A stretch of DNA of 64,000 nucleotides from Hungatella sp. (lineage in GTDB: Bacteria; Bacillota; Clostridia; Lachnospirales; Lachnospiraceae). The notes beneath the pieces are model-generated. The model saw only the letters and a list, made by a program, of their open reading frames with translations. It was not told the DNA's origin and searched no databases. Each line of letters begins with the position of its first letter. The stretch's first letter is position 1. The position numbers were made by a program, and so were the translations under genes. This document shows positions 57,442-64,000 of the stretch, piece after piece. Location of the stretch: assembly GCA_022798105.1 (NCBI GenBank), contig JAAWLV010000001.1, positions 409-64,408 of the forward strand, read 5' to 3'.

Positions 57442-58005
57442 ATGGGTAAGATAACCGTAACGCCTTGTGACATAGAGGGACTTTATGTCATCGAGCCGAA
57501 GGTGTTTAAAGATGAGCGGGGATATTTTGTGGAAACTTACAATCAGAATGATTTCAGAGAGGCAGGACTGGATATGATATTTGTACAGGACAACCAGTCC
57601 ATGTCCGTGAAAGGCGTTCTGAGAGGGCTCCATTTCCAGAAGCAGTTCCCCCAGGGGAAGCTGGTGAGGGCTGTGCGGGGAACTGTGTTTGACGTGGCGG
57701 TGGATCTGCGGGCCGATTCCAGGACCTACGGCAAGTGGTTCGGGGTGGAACTGTCGGCGGAGAACAAGAAGCAGTTCTATATCCCGGAGGGGTTTGCCCA
57801 CGGATTTTTGGTGCTCTCAGACGAAGCGGAGTTTGCCTACAAGTGCACGGACTTCTATCATCCCGGGGATGAGGGCGGACTGGCGTGGAACGACCCGGAG
57901 ATAGGGGTTCAGTGGCCCATTGAGGAGGGGATGAACCTGATTATCTCCGAAAAGGATCAGAAGTGGGGCGGATTAAGCCGGACTTTTAAGTTTGGGCAGG
58001 CGTAA
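57442..58005 (+). CDS. rfbC: dTDP-4-dehydrorhamnose 3,5-epimerase
   Basis: DERGYF, VLRGLHFQ, DVAVDLR and GFAHGF. Confidence 0.96.
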   Translation: MGKITVTPCDIEGLYVIEPKVFKDERGYFVETYNQNDFREAGLDMIFVQDNQSMSVKGVLRGLHFQKQFPQGKLVRAVRGTVFDVAVDLRADSRTYGKWFGVELSAENKKQFYIPEGFAHGFLVLSDEAEFAYKCTDFYHPGDEGGLAWNDPEIGVQWPIEEGMNLIISEKDQKWGGLSRTFKFGQA

Positions 58006-58017
58006 GGAAGGGATTGT

Positions 58018-58836
58018 ATGGAGTATATTATATCCCTGGCAAAGGATATCGTAAAAAAGCGGAGGCTTATAGGGGACCTGGCAAAGGCTGATTTTCGGAA
58101 GCGGTTTGTAGGGTCCTACTTTGGCGTGGTGTGGATGTTTGTCCAGCCGGTTGTCACGGTGGCCATCTACTATTTTGTGTTCGGAATCGGGTTCCGCAAT
58201 GCCAATCCGGTGGAGGGCGTTCCCTATGTGCTGTGGCTGGTGCCCGGTATCGTGCCCTGGTTTTATTTCAGCGAAGCCCTGAACGCGGGGACCAACTGTC
58301 TGCAGGAGTACAGCTATCTGGTCAAGAAAGTAGTGTTCCGGGTAGAGATTCTTCCGATTATCAAGATGCTCTCCTGCCTGATTGTGCACGGGATTTTCGT
58401 CCTGATTATGGCGGGGCTCTATCTGTGTTTCGGATGGCAGCCAAAGATTAGCTGGCTTCAGGTGGCGTACTATACTTTTGCGGTCACGGTATTTGCCATG
58501 GCTTTGGTCTACTTTACCAGCGCCATCCAGGTGTTTTTTAAGGATATGGCTCAAATTGTCAGCATCTGTCTGCAGTTTGGGATGTGGCTGACGCCTATTA
58601 TGTGGCAGGAAGAGCAGTTTGCGGACAGGAGCATATACCCGGTGCTGTGCAGGGCGGTGAAGCTGAATCCCATGTACTATATTGTGGCGGGGTACCGGGA
58701 CAGTATGCTGATGGGAAACGGATTCTGGGAAAGGCCCGGACTGACCGTCTACTTCTGGGCGGTGACCGTATGTATGTTTTTGGTGGGGCTTAAAGTGTTT
58801 AAGAGGCTGAGGCCGCATTTTTCGGATGTGCTGTAG
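58018..58836 (+). CDS. Polysaccharide ABC exporter permease (Wzm/RgpC-like)
   Basis: GSYFGVVW, LVKKVVF, KLNPMYY and RPHFSDVL. Confidence 0.92.
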   Translation: MEYIISLAKDIVKKRRLIGDLAKADFRKRFVGSYFGVVWMFVQPVVTVAIYYFVFGIGFRNANPVEGVPYVLWLVPGIVPWFYFSEALNAGTNCLQEYSYLVKKVVFRVEILPIIKMLSCLIVHGIFVLIMAGLYLCFGWQPKISWLQVAYYTFAVTVFAMALVYFTSAIQVFFKDMAQIVSICLQFGMWLTPIMWQEEQFADRSIYPVLCRAVKLNPMYYIVAGYRDSMLMGNGFWERPGLTVYFWAVTVCMFLVGLKVFKRLRPHFSDVL

Positions 58837-58875
58837 AGGCGGCGGTTAAAAGGGCCTGCAGATGAAAGGAATGCC

Positions 58876-60192
58876 ATGGGAAACGCAATTACCGTAAAAG
58901 ATGTGACAAAGATATATAAGATGTACGAGAAACCGATTGACCGGCTCAAAGAGTCTCTGCATCCCGCACACAGGGAGTATCACAAGAAATTCTACGCCCT
59001 GAACAACCTGTCTTTTCAGGTGAAAAAGGGCGAGACCGTGGGCATTATCGGGACCAACGGGTCGGGAAAGTCCACCATTTTAAAGATTATCACAGGGGTT
59101 CTGTCTCCGACTACGGGAACCGTGGAGGTGGAGGGAAATATTTCCGCACTCCTGGAGCTGGGAGCCGGGTTTAACTCCGACTACACAGGCATTGAGAATA
59201 TCTACATGAACGGGACCATGATGGGGTTCTCCAGAAAGGAGATGGACGGAAAGCTCCAGGATATCCTGGACTTTGCGGATATCGGGGATTTTGTCCACCA
59301 GCCGGTGAAGACGTACTCCAGCGGTATGTTTATTCGGCTGGCTTTTGCGCTGGCCATCAATGTGGAGCCGGAGATTCTCATCGTGGACGAGGCGCTGTCC
59401 GTGGGAGACGTGTTTTTCCAGTCCAAGTGTTACCGCCGCATGGAGGAGATTCGGCAGAAGGGAACCACCATTCTCATGGTGACCCATGATATGGGAAGCA
59501 TTATTAAGTACTGCGACAAGGTGGTTCTCCTGAATAAGGGGAACTTTGTGGCTGAGGGCCCCCCCGGGCATATGGTAGATTTATATAAGAAGATACTGGC
59601 CAACCAGATGGATTCCCTGAAGGAGGAGCTGGAGGAGATGAATGATTTCTCCGGGGAAACGGCCGGGGAGAACAGAGAGAAACGTAAAAAGCCCGTAGGG
59701 CTGATGAAGGAGAAGCTGACCATCAACGGCAGCAGGACCGAGTACGGAGACGGAAGGGCGGAGATTTACGACCTGGGGCTTTTGGATGAGAGAGGGAATA
59801 TTTCGAATCTCCTTTTGAAGGGGGAGAATTTTACCATAAAGGAAAAGATACGTTTTAATGCGGCCATTGAGAGCCCTATTTTTACGTACACCATCAAGGA
59901 CAAGAAGGGGACGGAGCTGAGCGGAACCAACACCATGTTTGAGGGGACCGATATCCGGCCGGTGAAAGCCGGGGATGAGTATGAGGTATCCTTCACCCAG
60001 AAGATGACCCTTCAGGGCGGAGAGTATCTTCTGTCCATGAGCTGCACGGGATTTGAGCTGGGGGAACATGTGGTGTACCACAGACTGTACGATGTGGCCA
60101 ACATCACGGTTATTTCCAACAAGAACACGGTGGGGGTCTATGACATGGAGTCTGTGGTGGAGGCGAAGATGATTGGAGGAGAGAGCCGGTGA
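58876..60192 (+). CDS. Polysaccharide ABC exporter ATPase (Wzt) with C-terminal carbohydrate-binding domain
   Basis: GTNGSGKS, YSSGM, VDEALSVGD and a roughly 150-aa beta-rich extension starting at EYGDGRAEI. Confidence 0.92.
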   Translation: MGNAITVKDVTKIYKMYEKPIDRLKESLHPAHREYHKKFYALNNLSFQVKKGETVGIIGTNGSGKSTILKIITGVLSPTTGTVEVEGNISALLELGAGFNSDYTGIENIYMNGTMMGFSRKEMDGKLQDILDFADIGDFVHQPVKTYSSGMFIRLAFALAINVEPEILIVDEALSVGDVFFQSKCYRRMEEIRQKGTTILMVTHDMGSIIKYCDKVVLLNKGNFVAEGPPGHMVDLYKKILANQMDSLKEELEEMNDFSGETAGENREKRKKPVGLMKEKLTINGSRTEYGDGRAEIYDLGLLDERGNISNLLLKGENFTIKEKIRFNAAIESPIFTYTIKDKKGTELSGTNTMFEGTDIRPVKAGDEYEVSFTQKMTLQGGEYLLSMSCTGFELGEHVVYHRLYDVANITVISNKNTVGVYDMESVVEAKMIGGESR

Positions 60193-60271
60193 CAGCCTGC
60201 CGGGCGCTTAAGGGCCCGGGGGGCGGGGAAGACGGAAAACAGGCCTGTTTGTTGCAGGGCATGGAGGAAAA

Positions 60272-63200
60272 ATGAGCGAAAATAACAGGGAAAGTAAGGA
60301 TATCAGTGGAGAACTGATACGGATTTTAAAGACCTACAAAGGGGACAGAAAGCAGGCATTGAAGGAACACGCAAGGCTTGATTATCTCTATGCCCTGTCA
60401 GACCAGCGGGAAAATCTTGTGGAGTGGTATCCGTTCCGTTCTGATGGGACGGTTCTGGAGGTGGGTTCCGGCTACGGAGCCCTGACAGGCGTCTACAGCC
60501 GGAAGACGGCCCATGTGGACGTGCTGGACCCTTCACAGGAGAATCTTGAGGTGAACCGTCTGCGCCATGGAGAACTTGCAGGGCGGCAGAATATTCGCTG
60601 GTATCAGGGGGAAATCCGCAGTTTTGCCCGGCAGCAGGACAACCTGAAAGACGGCGCCGGTTTGGGAAGAACGTACGACTATATCGTATTCGCGGGTACT
60701 CTGGGAGAAAATGCCGAAGAGGAGATAGAGGCGGCGAAGTCGCTGCTGAAACCGGACGGCCAGCTCCTTGTGGCGGCCTGCAATCCCTTCGGCCTGAAAT
60801 ACTGGGCAGGGGCCCGGAAGGATTCGGTCAGCTTTTCCAAGGATTCCCTTGTCAGGCTGCTGGCAGGAAATCAGGGGGACTCCAATATAAAATTTTACTA
60901 CCCCATGCCGGACTATCGTCTTCCCGTGACGGTTTTTTCCGACGAGTATCTCCCCGGCAAGGGGGATTTGACGGATACGGTGACGGCTTACGATTATCCG
61001 CCCTATCTGGCGTTTGATATCGGGGCCGGTTATGACGCTGTCTGTGAGGACGGGCAGTTTGACCGCTATGCCAACGCATACCTGGCTGTCTGGAGAAAGA
61101 CGGAGGACAGGGAGACAGGGGAGAGAATACGGTATGTTAAGTACAACCGGACAAGGAAAGACCAGTTCCAGATAAAGACCGTGATTTACGGGGAGCCCCG
61201 GAAGGCGCCTGCCCGGGTGGAGAAGACGGCGCTGGCAGCCGCGGGGCTGGAGCACATAGCCTCTTTTGGGGAGAAGTACAGGCAGTTAAACAGCCAGCAT
61301 ATCAATCTTAAATTTGCTCTTCCAAAGACAGGGAAAGAGGGGGCTAAGTTTCCGTATATTGAAGGATATACGCTGTCGGAACAGCTGGGGCAGGCCATAG
61401 GAGACGGGAAGGCGCCGGTGGAGGCCGCGAGGGAGGCCATGGATATGGTCCTTGGGGTAGATTCGTCCTGTTACCATCTGTTTGAAGTGACCCCGGAATT
61501 TGAAGAGGTGTTTGGAAAGCTGCCGGCGGGAGCCAGGGTGGGAAGCGACAGTCTCAGGGTTTCCAACATTGACATGCTGTTTGAAAATATTCTGGTTGGG
61601 CAGGAGAAGTACTGCCTTGACTATGAGTGGGTATTTTTCTTCCCCATACCGCTGGAGTATGTGAAGTACCGGATACTGTTTTACTTTTTCAGACAGTACC
61701 GCAGCCTTTTGACGGCCTATGAGAGCGTCGGCCCCTGGCTTAAGGAGTTTGGCATCTCCAGGGAGGCCGCCAAAACCTATGAGGGTATGGAGCGGAATTT
61801 CCAGGCCTACGTCCACGGGGAGAATCAGAAGATTTACCTGGAGAATTACTATGTAAAGACAAAGACTGTGCGGGAGCTGATGCGGGCCGACGGGGAGCTG
61901 GAGCGATTGAGAGAGCGGCAGGAGCAGCTTCGCCTGCAGTTAAATGAAAAAGACGGGGCAATCCGGAAGATGACCGAGGTTCAGCGGCTGACTCAGAACC
62001 ATGTGACCAATCTGGAGATTATGATAGGGGATTTGCGCCGTGAGATAGGGGAGATGGCCAAGACCCTGGCGTATTTAAACCGCCATGAGGCCCTGGTGTT
62101 TAAGGTGAGGAGAAAGCTGGGGGAAAAATTTAATGAAAAGTTCCCCAAAGGGACGGTTAAGAGAAAGAAATTGTCCTATGCGAAAGAATACCTGCTTCAT
62201 CCGGTGCGCTCCCTTAAGCTTTACGGCTCAGAGGAGGGGAAGAACCTTAAGGAAGGGGACTTTGCCATCGGAAGCGAGTACCGGGAGCACGGGAAGCTTA
62301 AGTTTGTCCGGCAGGAGAACCCGGAGGTGTCCATTATCATCCCGGTGTACAACCAGATTCACTATACCTATGCCTGCCTTGTGTCCATATTGGAACACAC
62401 AAAGGATATATCTTATGAGGTGATTATTGCGGATGATGTGTCCACCGATGCCACAATGCATCTGGACAGGTATGCCAAGGGGCTGGTTATCTGCAGAAAT
62501 ACGGAGAATCAGGGATTCTTGCGCAACTGCAACAACGGGGCTAAGTCTGCAAGGGGCAGATATGTGATGTTTCTCAACAATGACACCCAGGTAACAGAAG
62601 GGTGGCTTGGCTCCCTGGTAAACCTGATAGAGTCGGATGATTCTATCGGCATGGTGGGGTCTAAGCTGGTGTACCCGGACGGACGGCTTCAGGAGGCAGG
62701 GGGCATCATCTGGAGCGACGGCTCCGGGTGGAACTACGGCCGCCTGGATGACCCGGACAAGCCGGAGTACAATTATGTAAAAGATGTGGACTACATTTCC
62801 GGGGCGGCGATTTTGCTGTCCAGGCAGCTGTGGGAGCAAATCGGCGGGTTTGACGAGCGGTTCGCTCCGGCTTACTGCGAAGATTCGGATTTGGCTTTTG
62901 CGGTGAGGGCAGCCGGGTACCGGGTGGTGTACCAGCCCCTTTCGAAAGTTGTCCATTTTGAGGGGATTTCCAATGGCACGGACGTCCAGGGAACCGGACT
63001 TAAGCGGTATCAGGCCGTCAACAGTGAGAAGCTTAAGGAAAAGTGGGCGGATGAGTTTGCAAAACAGTGTGAGAACAACGGGAATCCGGACCCCTTCCGC
63101 GCGCGCGAGCGGAGTAAGGGCAAGCCTATAATTTTGGTGGTGGACCATTACGTGCCCACTTACGACCGGGATGCCGGCTCCAAGACCACGTTCCAGTATC

Positions 63201-64000
63201 TGAAGATGTTCTTGAAGATGGGATATGTGGTGAAGTTTCTGGGGGACAATTTCCTTCATGAGGAGCCCTACTCAACGGTGCTGCAGCAGATGGGGATTGA
63301 GGTTCTCTATGGACAGGATTACCAGGCGGGAATCTGGGACTGGCTGAAAGACCATGGGGACGATATCCGGTTTGCCTATCTCAACAGGCCCCATATTGCG
63401 TCCAAATATATTGATTATATCAGGGAAAATACAGGGATTAAGGTTATATATTACGGCCATGACCTGCATTTTCTCAGGGAAGGCCGGGAGTATGAGCTGA
63501 CCGGGAACCCGGAGAGGAAGCAGGCGTCGGAGTACTGGAAATCCGTGGAAATGTCCCTGATGTACAAGGCATCGGTGTCCTACTATCCGTCCTATGTGGA
63601 GCGGGACGCCATAAAAGCCATTGATGATGAGATTCCGGTGAAGGATATTGTGGCCTATGTGTATGACCGGTTCCGGGACGATATCCCCGGGGATTTTGCA
63701 GAGAGGGAAGGCATCCTGTTTGTGGGGGGATTTGCCCATCCGCCCAACGCCGACGCGGTCCTGTGGTTTGTGCGGGAGGTTTATCCCCTGATTCGGACCC
63801 AGATGGAGAAGGCGGGCCAGAGGCCTCCAGACTTTTACGTGGTGGGTTCCAGGGTGACCTCTGAGATTCAAAAGCTGGAGCAGCCGGGCAATGGGGTTGT
63901 AATCAAAGGATTCGTCAGTGAGGAGGAACTGAGGGAGCTGTACGACACCACCCGGATTGTGGTGGTTCCCCTGCGGTACGGCGCAGGCGTCAAGGGAAAG
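60272..64000 (+). CDS. 3'-truncated multidomain protein: SAM methyltransferase, kinase-like domain, coiled coil, GT2 and GT4-like glycosyltransferase
   Basis: Translated by hand from ATG 60272 (GGAGG RBS). All motifs are in one frame: VLEVGSGYGAL, FPYIEG, NIDMLFENIL, LDYEW, a heptad region, VSIIIPVYNQ/FLNND/YCEDSD, FVGGFAHPPN and VPLRYGAGVKGK. Its absence from the track fits an ORF with no stop in the window. Confidence 0.88.
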   Translation, partial: MSENNRESKDISGELIRILKTYKGDRKQALKEHARLDYLYALSDQRENLVEWYPFRSDGTVLEVGSGYGALTGVYSRKTAHVDVLDPSQENLEVNRLRHGELAGRQNIRWYQGEIRSFARQQDNLKDGAGLGRTYDYIVFAGTLGENAEEEIEAAKSLLKPDGQLLVAACNPFGLKYWAGARKDSVSFSKDSLVRLLAGNQGDSNIKFYYPMPDYRLPVTVFSDEYLPGKGDLTDTVTAYDYPPYLAFDIGAGYDAVCEDGQFDRYANAYLAVWRKTEDRETGERIRYVKYNRTRKDQFQIKTVIYGEPRKAPARVEKTALAAAGLEHIASFGEKYRQLNSQHINLKFALPKTGKEGAKFPYIEGYTLSEQLGQAIGDGKAPVEAAREAMDMVLGVDSSCYHLFEVTPEFEEVFGKLPAGARVGSDSLRVSNIDMLFENILVGQEKYCLDYEWVFFFPIPLEYVKYRILFYFFRQYRSLLTAYESVGPWLKEFGISREAAKTYEGMERNFQAYVHGENQKIYLENYYVKTKTVRELMRADGELERLRERQEQLRLQLNEKDGAIRKMTEVQRLTQNHVTNLEIMIGDLRREIGEMAKTLAYLNRHEALVFKVRRKLGEKFNEKFPKGTVKRKKLSYAKEYLLHPVRSLKLYGSEEGKNLKEGDFAIGSEYREHGKLKFVRQENPEVSIIIPVYNQIHYTYACLVSILEHTKDISYEVIIADDVSTDATMHLDRYAKGLVICRNTENQGFLRNCNNGAKSARGRYVMFLNNDTQVTEGWLGSLVNLIESDDSIGMVGSKLVYPDGRLQEAGGIIWSDGSGWNYGRLDDPDKPEYNYVKDVDYISGAAILLSRQLWEQIGGFDERFAPAYCEDSDLAFAVRAAGYRVVYQPLSKVVHFEGISNGTDVQGTGLKRYQAVNSEKLKEKWADEFAKQCENNGNPDPFRARERSKGKPIILVVDHYVPTYDRDAGSKTTFQYLKMFLKMGYVVKFLGDNFLHEEPYSTVLQQMGIEVLYGQDYQAGIWDWLKDHGDDIRFAYLNRPHIASKYIDYIRENTGIKVIYYGHDLHFLREGREYELTGNPERKQASEYWKSVEMSLMYKASVSYYPSYVERDAIKAIDDEIPVKDIVAYVYDRFRDDIPGDFAEREGILFVGGFAHPPNADAVLWFVREVYPLIRTQMEKAGQRPPDFYVVGSRVTSEIQKLEQPGNGVVIKGFVSEEELRELYDTTRIVVVPLRYGAGVKGK

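Noticed and set aside
1-64000. tRNA, rRNA, known riboswitches, IS elements, prophage genes
   Set aside because: None recognised by eye. tRNAscan-SE, Infernal/Rfam and ISEScan would be needed to exclude weak hits.

Overview
A 64-kb chromosomal segment from a Gram-positive anaerobe. Gene content and protein style suggest Lachnospiraceae (Enterocloster/Lacrimispora-like); this is inference, not a database result. In order: (i) the right edge of an AT-rich accessory island carrying a partial HATPase_c_4/wHTH gene and a three-gene operon of AbiEi-like antitoxin, small membrane protein and PIN nuclease; (ii) a deletion scar of a mannose-class PTS operon; (iii) a sucrose-type PTS locus (LacI, GH32, EIIBCA) and a PhnP-like hydrolase; (iv) an LRR protein, a pseudo-peptidase/vWA protein, a MoxR-like AAA ATPase and a Cys/His-repeat ORF; (v) a hypothetical gene with a sigma-28-type promoter, an OmpR-family two-component system, a DEAD-box helicase and nagA; (vi) a pectic-oligosaccharide locus (ABC importer, YesMN-like TCS, GH105, GH4 with CHEV motif, GH28, oxidoreductase/TIM-barrel pair, two AraC genes); (vii) potABCD with a PuuR-like regulator, pgl, aroC and rpiB; (viii) a rhamnose-type cell-wall polysaccharide cluster with Wzm/Wzt. 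The cluster ends in a >1240-aa methyltransferase-kinase-coiled-coil-GT2-GT4 ORF that runs off the window and is absent from the ORF track. No rRNA, tRNA, CRISPR array or intact IS element was seen. The best candidates for undescribed systems are the AbiEi-TM-PIN operon, the LRR/vWA/AAA operon and the single-chain WbdD-like terminator-polymerase. All family calls come from reading motifs by eye.
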